A stretch of DNA of 64,000 bases, from NCBI GenBank assembly GCA_000004985.1, contig GG738917.1; one strand, written 5' to 3'. The stretch is from Naegleria gruberi (taxonomy: Eukaryota). Below the pieces are notes generated by a model. The model did no database searches. It worked only from the letters and a program-made list of their open reading frames with translations, and was not told the DNA's origin. A program made the translations under genes and the position numbers. Position 1 is the first letter of the stretch. Every line of letters begins with the position of its first letter. This document shows, piece after piece, positions 21,262-33,785 of the stretch.

Positions 21262-23020
21262 ATGAGTGAAGTGTTAATTGCAATTTCTGTTGTCTGGTTG
21301 GCTATTGTGGCCTTCTTTGTCTTTTCAATTTATAATAATTATTTAAAAGTTAAACATATTCCTGGTTCTTTCCAATGTAAGTTTTCATTTAATTGAATGG
21401 ATTTTCTGTAATACCCAATATTGTGATATCAGTCTTTTCAACATTTAAGAGTTATCCATTGATTTCACCATTTCTTAGTTTTGGAGGTTTCAGAAATACT
21501 GAAAAATTGATGAATGATCTTGGTGATCCAAAAACCAAGACAGTTCGTATTGCCATGTATGATAGAAATATTGTTTCTATTTGTGATAAGGACATGTTGA
21601 AGGAATTGTTAGTTGTAAAGGGAAATAACTTTATCAAACAAGCTAAAATTTATGAAGGTAGGTAAACTGCGTAAATTGTCAACCAAGTGTACTCATTACA
21701 AATAATAGTTTTTAATACTTTTGGAATTAATATCCTATCTGCTTTGGATGCTGGAGGTGAAACATGGAAAAATCATCATCGCGTTGCCTCTGGTGCGTTC
21801 GCTAGCAAGAATTTGGAATTTATGGCTGATATTGCCTCAAATACTGTTGATTTAATTCGTGATTACAAGTGGGAAAAGGAAATGAAGAAAGCTTTGGATA
21901 GTGGTAATAAGGGTTTCATCTTTGATTCAAATGCTGACTTTTCTGACATGACATTAGGTAAGTTTATTCATAATAATTGTGTTGTTTATCCTTCATGTTA
22001 TAGACGTTCTTGGAAAGGCTGGTTTCGGTTTGGATTTCTCAATCTTTGATGAAAAGAGTGATGAAGGTAAAATCTTCAGAAGGTCTTTGGAGAAGATGTT
22101 CACTCTCGGTGTGATTGCTAAACGTTTCATTGGTTTGAATCCATTACTTTCATGGGCTTTCCCATTCGTTAGTAAAGTTACAGGAGTTGATGATGCAGTG
22201 AAGATCGTGAGTGATAAGCTTGATCAAATCATTTCTGAAAGAACTAAAGAAGTTGAATCAAAGGGAATTGAAGAAATCTCAACTGGTGGTGAAGAACGTA
22301 AAGATTTATTGAGTGTTTTGGTTGAGGCTAACTTTATTCAGAAAGGTGTCTTGTCTGATGCTGAACTCAAATCAGACGCTTATATATTTTCGCTTGCTGG
22401 GTTTGTATTTTAATTTTAAAACTATTTGTCCTAATTTATTATAATAGACATGAGGTATGTATTTGCAAATGTACAATTTTTTGTAATGAATTTTTTATTT
22501 GAAATTTTAGACAACTTCAACAACTTTACAATGGGTTTGTTACGAATTGTCAAAGAGACCTGAAATTCAAAAGAAAGCCAGAGAAGAAATTGATGCAACT
22601 TTAGGAGTTGGTGCTAATAGACGTGCTCCAAACTATAATGATTATCCAATTATGAATTATGTCAATGCTGTTATTATGGAAGCTCTTCGTTTGCATCCGC
22701 CAGTTGTCAATGTTTTTAGAGTTGCCAAGAAGAGTACTACCTTGGGTGAATTTGCCATTCCAAAGGATACTACCATTCACATTAACATTTTTGCTGCCAA
22801 TAGAAGTGAAAAGAATTGGGAGAAACCATTAGAATTCATTCCTGAAAGATATCCAATGGATGCAGCATCTTTTTCTTTGGATCTATCAGAAATTTGGATG
22901 CTAAGGATGTAAAGGATTCCGATTTAGATGCATCTCAAATTGGAAGAGCTACGACCTGATTTCTTAATAAGAAAATTCTCTGATAAATTTGAAATATTAT
23001 TATTAGTTCAAAACATTTGG
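21262..23020 (+). CDS. cytochrome P450 paralog, 5-6 exons (21262..21376, 21433..21657, 21709..21957, 22004..22404, 22511..about 22912, possible terminal exon 22928..), 3' end degenerate
   Basis: N-terminal TM anchor, I-helix AGF/TTSTTL, EALRLHPPV (ExxR), FIPERY (PERF-like). The heme-binding signature is present only in a shifted frame, as FFFGSIRNLDAKD, which lacks the Cys. See findings. Confidence 0.6.
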
Positions 23021-24311
23021 TTGTTTGATTTGACCACTAATATCAAAACTGTAAAGACTCTCAAGCGTTGTTTGTGCAATGTTAGAAATTGCCTCTTGAG
23101 TAAAGAAAGCTTGATGAGGTGTTACAATTACATTAGGGAATGTCAATAATCTTGTGAAGGTGTCATCCTTAATGATTTCAAATCTTCTATCTTCAAAGAA
23201 TAAATCTTGCTCAAATTCATAGACATCTTGTTAAAATTAATATTCGTAAAAATATTTTCAATAATTATCACATACCAATACCTAAACTTCCAATTTTTTG
23301 ACTCTTTAATCCTTCAATTAAATCGTCAGTTCTACATAATCCTCCTCTAGAAGTGTTAATAATCATGACACCATCTTTCATTTTAGAGATACTCTCAGAG
23401 TTTATCAAGTGTTCAGTAACTCCTTTAATTAAAGGACAATGAAGGCAAATAACATCAGAATGAGCATAAATACTATCTATATTATCAACAAACTCAATAC
23501 CCATATTGACTAATTCTGGATCTCTATAACTATCGTAAACAATTACTCTTGCTCCAAAACCCATTCTTAAACATTTGGCAACTAATTTTCCAATTTTTCC
23601 AGATCCTCCAACAATACCAAAAACCTTTGAAGACATGTTGAATCCCATTCTATTTTCAATAAAATAGGTCAACTCATCAAAAAAGGAAAAACTTACAATC
23701 CATCCAAACTAAAATCACTATCTCTTAATCTATTAAAAGCTTTATGAATTTTTCTATTCAAAGCCATAATCAATGCAATAGTGAAATCTGCAGTAGCAGC
23801 AGGGCTGTATTCAGGAACTCTACAAACTTTCACTCCAAATTCACTTGCTGCTGACAAATCAACATTGTTAAATCCAGCACTTCTCAGAGCAACACATTTA
23901 ATTCCATACTTGTGACTCAATGTCTGTAATACATTTCTATTCAAACAATCATTCACAAACACAGATACAAAATCAGAATGTTCAGCAAGTTCTACAGTCG
24001 ATTCAGTCAATCTAGCATCAACAAATTTTAAATGAAAAGGACCAGAATACGACATGAATCTTTCATAATTTGGCAAATAATCATACGGACTAGTACCTAA
24101 AACCAATCACTCAATACAAAACTTGTTCGGAAGCAATCTTACCTTTCGAATCGATCAACAATTTTGATCCAGAATAATATTGTTGAAGAAAAGAATAATC
24201 TTTTCTGAATTTTTCATTCACCTTTTCATTCAGAGCATTGAATGATTGTTTTACGTAGGGTTTCGAGCTGAAGAATGTGATGGTTCGAGAGCAACTCTTC
24301 ACTAGAGACAT
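23003..24311 (-). CDS. D-isomer-specific 2-hydroxyacid dehydrogenase (D-lactate dehydrogenase-like), 4 exons
   Basis: NAD-binding GIVGGSGKIGKLVAK. Catalytic-domain motifs: VALRSAGFNNVDL, NTSRGGL, and the terminal exon PNVIVTPHQAFFTQEA. Introns: GTAAGA at 24143 to the acceptor before GTSPYDY; one after DGL; and one after GIGM, leading to the last exon 23230..23003. Confidence 0.85.
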
Positions 24312-24769
24312 TTTTTTTAGGATTCTTTTAAACAACATGGTTCTATAAATGGATATTGGGATATTTTGTGGTGATGGGACTGTTTAAGGTATTTAATTTG
24401 GGTTGTAAACAATACTTGAATCAATTGGTTGGTATTTTATGAAGGATTTACAATATGTTATTTCTTAAATTCTCATAAATTCCATTCTTGAACTGCAATT
24501 AGATTTTTTAATCTTCCTTTTCTTTGTAATACAAATTCTTTCCTTTCATTCTTGTTGGGTGAATATAATGGCAACTCATCCAAGTATTCGTAGTCAGTGA
24601 TAGAAGAGATTGAAGGAGTTACAATAGCAAGTTCATTTCAGCTTCCAAATTCATCCGTTAATTTCAACCATCAAAAAAAAGTCTGCAAACAATAGTCATC
24701 ATCGCCAACACAAAATTAATTTAATTATAATATTGTGATTATTATCAATAACAAACAGGTAAAGAGAAA

Positions 24770-27238
24770 ATGGCCCAAATGACAAAGACTATATCAGAGA
24801 TATCTGATTTATTAGAATTGTCGGAACAAACACGTGATGTAGTATTTGATAGATACTTTAGGGATAGTACAATGGTAAAATCAACTTTGGAGCTTTTAAA
24901 GAAAGGTCTTGGTTGCGAAGCAAATATACAATCAAAGGAAAAGATGATCAAACCAAAGAAACACATGATCTTTTTGGATGATAATTATACATTCTTTAGA
25001 ATAGAGAAGAAAAAATCAAGAAAAGGAAATGGTTAGTATTGAATACGAAAAATTGAAAATTAATTGGAGTTATTATTTAAAATAGTTTTATTGAAAGATA
25101 TCAAAAAGGTTATCACTGGTAATTCCTTTACCGATTCTGGAGCTTTCTTCAAGTATGCAGAACATTTAAAATCAAAGAAGAAGGAACATGGATATAATGT
25201 TGATCGTACCATTACAATTAAATATGGATCAGCTCAAGAACAGTTAGATATTATATTTTCAAAGACAGAAGAATTTATTTCCTTCCTCGTTTCTTTAAAT
25301 TATTTGTTAAGATCTATTCACTTGAAAGATACTCCTCCGATGAGTGTTATCATGATGAGATATTGGATGATGGCTGATGAAAATAATGATAACAAATTAT
25401 CCATTCAAGAAGTCAACAAACTTTTCAAAAACTTGAATATTGAAATCAGCTTTAATTATTTAAAACAAAGTTTTAATAGATTTGATACTGACAAGAGTGG
25501 AGCTTTGGAATTTGCTGAATTTATTGAAATGTTCAAGGAAATGAATGTGATCGATGAAATTGAGGATGAATTTTCGTCATCAGCTAATTCTGCACTCATG
25601 AGCATGGAGGAATTCACTAAATACTTGAAAGAGAAACAGAACCATGTCAAAATCTCCAATTCTGAAGTAACTGAATTGATGCAGAAGAATGGTGCTGTAG
25701 AGGTTGATGGATCTCTATTCATGCCATCATTTGAATTCACTTCATATATTCTTTCTCCTGATAATTCGATTGTAAATCCAACATTGTACACTCTTCATCA
25801 TGATATGAACCAACCACTTACAAATTATTTTATTGCATCTTCCCACAACACCTATCTCTCTGGACATCAATTGAAGGGTGAGAGTGATGTCAAAAACTAT
25901 AGAAATGGTTTACTGGGTGGATCTAGATGTGTAGAGTAAGTTTTGAAATTATCGATCTTGAATCTAACTTGTACTTAGACTTGATTGTTGGAATGGAGAT
26001 AATGGAGAAGTTGTTATTTATCATGGACGTACCTTAACTTCAAAGATTTTATTTGAGGATGTTATTAAATGTATAAATGAATACGGATTCAAGACATCAC
26101 CATATCCTATCATTCTTTCATTAGATGTACATGCCGATATCCCAGGGCAAGAGAAAATGGCTGAAATTATGATTAGAATATTTGGTGATCGTCTCTTAAT
26201 GCCAAATGATCAAATATCTCAATGGCCTTCTCCAAACGATCTCAAAGGAAGAATAATTATTAAGAATAAGAAGGTTCCTTCCTCTGGTATAGTCAAGACA
26301 GAAGATGATTTTTGTGATTCTGAATCGGATGATGAAGATTTCACAGAAGTTGAGCAATCAGAAAAGGAAGAAAAACCAAAGAAACATCCAAAAGTTAAAG
26401 TTGCTCAAAAACTATCTGACATAACTGCACTAGGAACCACTAAATTGACAACCTTTGAAGAAGTCTTTAAACTCCCATACAATAAGATGTTTTCTATCAG
26501 TGAAGGAAAAGTTGAAAAGCTTTTCCAAAATGATTGTGCTAATATTATCAAGTTTAATCAGAGCCACTTTAGTAGATCTTATCCACATGGTCTAAGATTT
26601 GATTCCTCTAACTATGACCCAATTCCATCATTCATCACAGGAGTTCAAATGTCTGCCCTCAATACACAAACTCACTGTGGATTTTATAGAATTAACGAAT
26701 TCAAATTCAAAGAAAATGCCATGTGTGGATATTTACTTAAACCTAAAGTTTTGAGAGTTGCTGGAGAACCATATCCAGATGAAAATTCACCAGTCAAACA
26801 AAATATCAGTAAGTTTCTTGATTTTATTGTATTTACATATTTTAATGTTTAGAATTGAAAATTATCATGGCTAAGCAAGTTCCAAAAGCTAAGGGTGCCG
26901 ATAAGGGTGATATTGTTGATCCTTATATTAAAGTGTCAATTTTGGGTCATCCTAAAGATCAGGCATCTTTCAGTACAGCTACTGTTTGGGATAATGGTTG
27001 GAATCCAACATATAACACAAGTTTTGAGTTTGATGTTGCTGCACCTGATCTTGCCAACCTCCAAATCTCAATTTGGGATAAGAATAAGGTCTCAGCTGAC
27101 AAATTCGTTTGTGAAAACATTATTCCAGTTACTGCTCTCAGAGAGGGATCTTTAAGAAGTGTTCAAATGTATGACGAAGATATGAACCTCATTGAAGGAT
27201 GTTATGTTTTGTGTAGTTTACAAATTACTAACAAATAA
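24770..27238 (+). CDS. phosphoinositide-specific phospholipase C, delta-type (PH, EF-hand, X, Y, C2), 4 exons: 24770..25031, 25086..25935, 25979..26818, 26853..27238
   Basis: PH-like N-terminus. EF-hand region ([13 protein letters not shown]). X box [18 protein letters not shown] ... [26 protein letters not shown] box [10 protein letters not shown] ... [20 protein letters not shown] ... [12 protein letters not shown]2 domain [10 protein letters not shown]. Introns GTTAGT, GTAAGT and GTAAGT, each about 40-55 nt. Confidence 0.9.
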
Positions 27239-27327
27239 ATATTTTATGTATTAGTTTGGTTTCCAATAATAATTGATCCTCATCTCCTTGAACTATTCAA
27301 AAAAAATACAACAACCACAGAATCAAA

Positions 27328-28901
27328 ATGACAGAAGAGATCGGGTTGATTGGTTCATTCAACCAATTGTTTACACTGTCTTTTTTCAATGTATTTTTAT
27401 TGATAGTTTGTCTTGTTTCGTATTTGTTGATCCGCTACACAATTACATTCTTTACAATTTACTTTAAATTTAAACATTTACCAGGATATGTCAGTTTTTT
27501 TCCTCCTCTGATTGATAGTATGATTCATAGGAAGATTTATGTTCATCACCTTTATGATTGTGCCCTAAATTCATTCAAGAATAATCCAAGTGCTAAAGTT
27601 GTTAAAATTCAACTTGGAACTTTCAGCCAAATTCACATTTCAAATGATGAGAATTTGATTAGAGAAATCCTTGTTAAAAAGTACAAGACTGTCTCAAAGG
27701 GAAACTTGTTCGAACCAGTTGGAATATTTGGTCCGAATATTTTCTCAGCCGATTCCAATGATCCAATCTGGAGAAAGCACAGAACTCTAGCAAATCCAAT
27801 ATTCAGCAGTTCTTCTCACTTGAAGAACGTCTTTAGAGTTACTCTTGAAGAATGCAAAAAGATGATCAAATTTTGGAAATCAATTTATGGCTCAGAATCA
27901 GATGGTACAATTAGAAAGGTAAACATTAGTAATGAACTCAAATCAATAACTTTAGATGTAATTAATAGAGTTGCTTTTGATTATGATGTTGGAATTTTTG
28001 ATAAGGATGCTGCCCATAGAGATGGAATTCATGATTGGATCAATAACTTACTCAATGGTTTGATCTATAATTTCGTACTACCAAAATATTTATTGTCCAA
28101 GTCTGAATTGTTATCTGCTATTTTTATTGTCTTATTTGCTGGGTTTGAGGTATGTTATATATTCGAAACATTTAATAATCAAATTCTCTGATAGACAAGT
28201 TCAACTTCCTTAACTTTCATGTTGAGAATGTTGGCAAAGGATCAAAAGCTACAAGAAGAAATCTTGAAAGAAATCAATCAAGAAATTGATAATATCGATG
28301 ATATTACTTTTGAAATTATTACCAACAAATTACCACTCTTGACATCTTTCATTAAGGAAGTATTAAGAACCAAGACCCCAATTGGTACTGGTGGAAGAAT
28401 AGTTCTAAAGAAGAATGGTGAGGTAATTGGTGGAGTTCATTATCCTAAAGATACTCACATTGGTGTTTCTTACTATAGTCAACATTATTTTGCTAAAAAT
28501 GGACTTGATGAATTCAATCCTTATAGATTTCTGACTACTAAATCAGATAGCTCATCAAATGAATTGGAAAAATCAGACAATAATGAATTCGAAAATGATG
28601 GAAAAGGGCCAATGGGTGAATTGAGTATTAATTTGGCCACTGATAAGCTTCTTCCTTTCTCTATTGGTCCAAGAGATTGCAGTATGTATTTTAATTTATT
28701 TACAAATTAACAATTTTAATTTCTAGTCGGTAAGAGAATGGCACTATTAGAAATGAAACTAATTCTAGTATTTTTACTAAAGAATTACAAGCTCAAAGTA
28801 CCAAAAGGTCTTGAAACTCAACAAGATAGTATTAAGGAAACCTATGTTGTCACAAGAACCATCTTTGAACCATATCTAGTCGATTTTGAAACAAGACTAT
28901 A
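27328..28901 (+). CDS. cytochrome P450 (intact paralog), 4 exons
   Basis: TM anchor. I-helix AGFETSSTSL. ExxR (EVLRTKTP). PxRF (NPYRF). Heme-binding FSIGPRDC|IGKRMALLE, split by an intron at 28691-28725. Ends ETRL* at 28901. Confidence 0.85.
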
Positions 28902-28974
28902 AAACCTATTCTTTCACACACTCTTAACCAATGTTCTATTAATCACCAACACTTAATCTAAGGAAATAAAAAAA

Positions 28975-29533
28975 ATGGCAAAAACTAAACGTTACTTGGT
29001 AGGAGAGGTGGTGTGGGCTCTCAATAGAAATATTTGGTGGCCGGTTGAGGTTAGTACAACAATTATTTTCTATTTTCAAACATAGGCAGATTTGTGATCC
29101 TTCGGAACCAGTAGGAGAGCCTGTTCCTTCTGGGTGCTATGTGTTCAAATTTGCTGAAGGAAAATTTGGTTACGCTACACCCAATAATATTAAGCCTTTG
29201 GAGGAGATGACACTAAAAGAGGTATTGTGCAATTTGAAAGCCAAACCGAACAAGGATCAAATACATAGTGACTACGAATACCTAAATAACAGAAAAAACT
29301 CAAATGTAAATAAGGTAGCCACCACCAGACCAAAATTAATTGTAAATCTTTCGAAAAAGACCCAAGGCTTAGATGATTACATTGAAGTTGTGGCGCGAGT
29401 AAAGAAGAGAAAACTTAATCCAGAGGATACAGAGGATTCAGGATGGTCGGATGATGAAACAATGACAGATTCTATTCCAGAAGAAACTATCGATCCATAT
29501 GAAATGGAACAAATATTACAAGTCTACAAGTAA
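28975..29533 (+). CDS. small PWWP-domain protein, 2 exons (28975..29049, 29090..29533)
   Basis: VGEVVWALNRNIWWPVE | ICDPSEPVGEPVPSGCYVFKFAEGKFGY matches the PWWP domain core. A 40-nt GTTAGT ... GCAG intron separates the two parts. Acidic C-terminal tail. Confidence 0.6.
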
Positions 29534-29589
29534 GTTAAAGCAGTTTTCGTTTAATTGAGACCCATAGTAACAAAGGCTTTTTAGGTATT

Positions 29590-31995
29590 TTGGAACATTT
29601 TGGTATGACCTTAGCTAATTTGAAATTCTCATTGGACCGAATGGACTTGACAGACAATCACTCTATTGCCTATCAAATATATCAAAAGAATTCTGCAATG
29701 GATGTGGGTTTGAAGCAACACCTGTGTGAGTTTTTGACATCTTTCTCAACTCAATTTTCAAAGGAGTTTGAGTATTACCAAACAAGTCCTCATTATACAC
29801 ACTTTTTGGAAGGACAATACGAAGAAGCAAAAACGCTAGCTGAAAAACTATCCAGACTTACTCCAACAGAGCAACACGAAATGCTACTAACTACAACACC
29901 TCCCCTATTTTTACCACTTTTTAGATTGAAAAATATGATACAATGTGAAACACATTTTGGCGAAACGACATTCCAAGAGTATTTCGTAATGGTTTTTAAA
30001 ATGTTTCCTATTTTTTCCTTAATCAAACACCAAGGTATTTTTTTTAAAACAAGTGAAGCATTAGAATCGGATAGCTTGAGGCTTTCTCTCAACATTATGA
30101 ATAAGAAATGGGTTGAAAATGCATCAAGAATGCAACCAGATTTTGTGCTGGTACGTTACTCTCAATACAAGCACTACTTTGTAATTGGCGAGTTTGAAAA
30201 TCAAAACATTACCGCATCTACTGCTGAAGAATTTCTTTGCATTCACAAAGACACTTTAAAAGTAATATTAGAAGGACGAGCAGTTCTAAAAGACATAGCA
30301 ACCGAATTATCTGCATGTAGAGTACGTGACCAAATTAAAAAACAATTGGTAGTAATGCTGTTTTTGGCTGACACATCAGGCAGGGTGGTAGTACTAAAAA
30401 TGCGGCCAATATTCCACAAGATTCAAAAAGGGTTACATGGTATTTACTACGAGATTTCATATTCCAGGTTACTAAATATATTCAACAAGACAGACGCTTG
30501 CACATTTATGTCAGAAATCAGTAATAGTGTCAAGTATGCATGCGACTTGTTATATGACATTGATCAAGATAGTTCAATAACTAATGTCTGTGCGACTCCA
30601 ATAACTCTCAATTCCAAATCTAACTTGGCCAAATTAATCCGAATCCCAGTCAGCAGTGCAGAATTCTCAGCAGTATATTTCGAAGAGAAGGATGAAGCAA
30701 ATTTGTTAGATTTTTTGAGCAAGGAATTTCCAGATTTGCTAGTCCAGAAAGAACGAATTGTGAGGTTAAATGAGATTGGTCAAATTCACCTTCGCTTTAG
30801 TGTAGATCCAGATACTGGAAGTATTAGCATGTATGGTAATGAAGTCACTGAAGTTTATGGAAATCCCATTTATGGTTGTTACCCAATTTCAAGGAATAGA
30901 GAATTGAAGTGCCAAGTAATTACACTAACAAACTTTAAAAATGTTGAATATTACAAGGACCATTTGGAAGATGAGGACAAAGACGACCAAGATCAAGATT
31001 TCAAAAAACGACTTTCTCCTCCACCAATAAGCCAAACTACACAGAATGCAAGCTCACCTAATATATTTAAACCTCAAAGTTTTGACGACAACAATTTTGG
31101 AAAGAAAATTCAAGATGTTACATTTAAGTGTTGGGGTTTGCAAAATGTTGAGAACAAAAAAATTCACACCAGAATTTACAATTGCGATTCAGAGCAAATA
31201 ATCAGCTACATTTGCTATGGTGAAGGCACATTAATAGATGGGACTAAACCTGTGTTTGTAAAGATTCACAGCGGTCATCCAATGGAAACCTATAATGCAG
31301 AATGTGTTACAAGTTTTGCATGTGACAGAATTCAAACAGATTGCTTGGATGCTAAAAATACTATCAAAATCTACAAGTATTTCATTGAGAAAAGAAGTGT
31401 CCCTTATGAAATTTTTGGGGATATTTCCACACCATACAAGGGTTACATTACTGATGTAACAATATCAGAATTGTTAACTACTGTTGAAAATTCCATATTT
31501 TCACAAACAAAACACCTTGACGATAATGTCAAATTATTGACTTTGCTCTATGTTATGGATGGGTGCATTAGGGGTATTAATTTTATGACTAATCATCTGA
31601 AATTGTTACACAATGATATTGCCTTTAGGAATGTAATGGTAAGGGAAAATACAAACAAATCTGGCATTTCCTCTCTGATAGATCAATATTGTAATTTAAC
31701 TCTTACAGACTTGGAGTTTAAGAACGACATGAAATGTTTAGCCAAGGTCTTTATTGAATTTGTATCTTTTCTTTTTGGGAAAAATTCAAATGATTTGCAA
31801 TTACTTTCAAATATGGAACCCCATTTTGATGGAGACTTTAAAATAGTACACTTGTGGATAGTACAAACTATTGAATCGTTACAAAGTAACTGCAAAAAGA
31901 GCTTTCTTTCAGAATTTCAGGATATTAACTTCCTAAAGGTCGTACAACCTTTGGATGAGATGGTGATTGCTTTATTGCTTCGTAGCTCTAATTAA
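29590..31995 (+). CDS. hypothetical protein (801 aa) with C-terminal kinase-like (probably inactive) region
   Basis: Long single ORF. The C-terminal stretch LLHNDIAFRNVMVRE resembles the tyrosine-kinase-type catalytic loop HRDLAARN, but with Arg replaced by Asn. There is no clear GxGxxG or DFG motif. Confidence 0.45.
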   Translation: MEHFGMTLANLKFSLDRMDLTDNHSIAYQIYQKNSAMDVGLKQHLCEFLTSFSTQFSKEFEYYQTSPHYTHFLEGQYEEAKTLAEKLSRLTPTEQHEMLLTTTPPLFLPLFRLKNMIQCETHFGETTFQEYFVMVFKMFPIFSLIKHQGIFFKTSEALESDSLRLSLNIMNKKWVENASRMQPDFVLVRYSQYKHYFVIGEFENQNITASTAEEFLCIHKDTLKVILEGRAVLKDIATELSACRVRDQIKKQLVVMLFLADTSGRVVVLKMRPIFHKIQKGLHGIYYEISYSRLLNIFNKTDACTFMSEISNSVKYACDLLYDIDQDSSITNVCATPITLNSKSNLAKLIRIPVSSAEFSAVYFEEKDEANLLDFLSKEFPDLLVQKERIVRLNEIGQIHLRFSVDPDTGSISMYGNEVTEVYGNPIYGCYPISRNRELKCQVITLTNFKNVEYYKDHLEDEDKDDQDQDFKKRLSPPPISQTTQNASSPNIFKPQSFDDNNFGKKIQDVTFKCWGLQNVENKKIHTRIYNCDSEQIISYICYGEGTLIDGTKPVFVKIHSGHPMETYNAECVTSFACDRIQTDCLDAKNTIKIYKYFIEKRSVPYEIFGDISTPYKGYITDVTISELLTTVENSIFSQTKHLDDNVKLLTLLYVMDGCIRGINFMTNHLKLLHNDIAFRNVMVRENTNKSGISSLIDQYCNLTLTDLEFKNDMKCLAKVFIEFVSFLFGKNSNDLQLLSNMEPHFDGDFKIVHLWIVQTIESLQSNCKKSFLSEFQDINFLKVVQPLDEMVIALLLRSSN

Positions 31996-32191
31996 TTGAA
32001 AAAGAGTAAAATTGTCTGTTTGTACCAATATACTATATTAACACTTCAACTTTAATGTTTGAAAATACTCCCTTTGGTTGGTAAATGGATGATTGACCAT
32101 CCACTGGAAGGTGATATTTTGCGTTCTCCCTGACTGAAGATGAGCAACTTATAAGTTGGTTTTGCTTTTGACTTGATAAAAATTGGATTAG

Positions 32192-32464
32192 TCATTGTTT
32201 GTTCTTGATTTTTTCAGCTTGCTTGACTAATTTACTTCTGACTTCATTAATATGTTTTATAAGTTCTGATTCATCACCGTCTTCGAACCACACAATAACT
32301 TCTTCTTGTGCTTTATTTTCTCGTTTTTGTTCAAGTGGCACGGATTGTGTTGTGTTAGCAGATTTAATAGGAGTTAGCATTGTTTTGTTTTGTTTTGATA
32401 TTAAAAATAAATCTTGAGGTGTCAATTTCCAGAAAATTTGATCATTAAAGGTCTTGCCACACAT
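32192..32464 (-). CDS. small acidic hypothetical protein (90 aa)
   Basis: ORF only. Confidence 0.25.
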   Translation of the reverse strand: MCGKTFNDQIFWKLTPQDLFLISKQNKTMLTPIKSANTTQSVPLEQKRENKAQEEVIVWFEDGDESELIKHINEVRSKLVKQAEKIKNKQ

Positions 32465-32681
32465 CTCGGTTTCTAGTTGTTTTTGTTTCCTTCAGGTTTC
32501 TGGAAGCATTTTGAGATGAGTTAGACAATTGTGAAATTTAATGGATACCTTTATTAGGTTAAACAATTGGAAAGGATTTCAAGACAGCACTTTACAAAAG
32601 CACAATATTGGATTAAGAGAAGGAACTAACTAAGGATATAAAGAAAGAAGTCTATATGTAGTATCAATTATGATTACCGTG

Positions 32682-32731
32682 NNNNNNNNNNNNNNNNNNN
32701 NNNNNNNNNNNNNNNNNNNNNNNNNNNNNNN
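32682..32731. other. assembly gap (50 N) flanked by a duplicated sequence of about 100 bp
   Basis: Run of N. The sequence ending ...atgtagtatcaattatgattaccgtg occurs both at 32657-32681 and at 32849-32874. Confidence 0.95.
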
Positions 32732-32939
32732 AGCAAAATATTGGATTAAGAAAGCCAAAGAAGGAAATAACTAAGGATAAAGAAAGAAGTCCATATGTCC
32801 TTATCAGTCCTTTTCTGTACACTTGTGAGATGCAGAGTGGAAAGATTACATGTAGTATCAATTATGATTACCGTGTGTGAAAAGATTCTTCACAAATAAA
32901 ATTACAACAAATTATTCAATAATTATAAATTTAAAAAAA

Positions 32940-33785
32940 ATGGAGTGTTATGTTGTGGATGCTTTTACTGAAAATATTTTCGAAGGAAATCCAGCAGCAG
33001 TTTGTGTAATGAAAAATTGGATATCTGATGAATTGATGCAGAAAATTGCTGCTGAAAATAATCTATCCGAAACAGCTTTCACAGTAAAGGAAGATGATGG
33101 AAGTTATCACCTTCGCTGGTTTACACCACTCTCAGAGATAGATCTATGTGGTCATGCAACTTTAGCCACTGCTTTTGTGATTAATAATTTCTATGATTCG
33201 GAAGTGAAAATTCTCAAATTTAAAACTATGAGTGGAGAACTAGTTGTGGTTAAGAAAGAAGACTTGTTTGAAATGGATTTTCCTAGTAGAATGCCAACTC
33301 CTTTCACAATCAGTGAACAACTAATTGATGCCTTAGGAATAACACCAATTGAAGCTCATATTAGTAGAGATCTAGTTCTTGTTTTGGAAAATGAAGAGCA
33401 AGTTCTTAATGCCACTCCAAACTTTTCCAAATTGAGAGAAATACCTGATGGTTTAGGAGTCTTGATAACCTCAAAGAGTGAGAAGTATGATTTTGTTTCG
33501 AGATGTTTCTTCCCAAAATTGAATGTTAATGAAGACCCTGTCTGTGGATCTGCCCACACCAGCTTTATTCCTTACTGGTCCAATATTTTGGGCAAGAAGG
33601 AAATGATAGCCAGACAAGTCTCCAGCAGAGGAGGTAAGTATTATTTTCTTCTCCATAATACTCAATGTGTACTCTTAAAATTTCAAGGTACTCTCTATTT
33701 AAAACATGAGGGTGAAAGAGTGAAAATTGCTGGCAGAGCCGTTCTATTTTCAAAAGCACAACTTCAAATCAAATTTAATAACTAG
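32940..33785 (+). CDS. PhzF-family (phenazine biosynthesis-like / PBLD) isomerase-like protein
   Basis: MECYVVDAFTENIFEGNPAAVCV ... SETAFT ... LCGHATLA ... SRGG ... RVKIAGRAVLFSKAQL. A probable 54-nt in-frame intron lies at about 33635-33688 (GTAAGT ... TTTCAAG). Removing it restores the canonical SRGG-G spacing. Confidence 0.8.
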   Translation: MECYVVDAFTENIFEGNPAAVCVMKNWISDELMQKIAAENNLSETAFTVKEDDGSYHLRWFTPLSEIDLCGHATLATAFVINNFYDSEVKILKFKTMSGELVVVKKEDLFEMDFPSRMPTPFTISEQLIDALGITPIEAHISRDLVLVLENEEQVLNATPNFSKLREIPDGLGVLITSKSEKYDFVSRCFFPKLNVNEDPVCGSAHTSFIPYWSNILGKKEMIARQVSSRGGKYYFLLHNTQCVLLKFQGTLYLKHEGERVKIAGRAVLFSKAQLQIKFNN

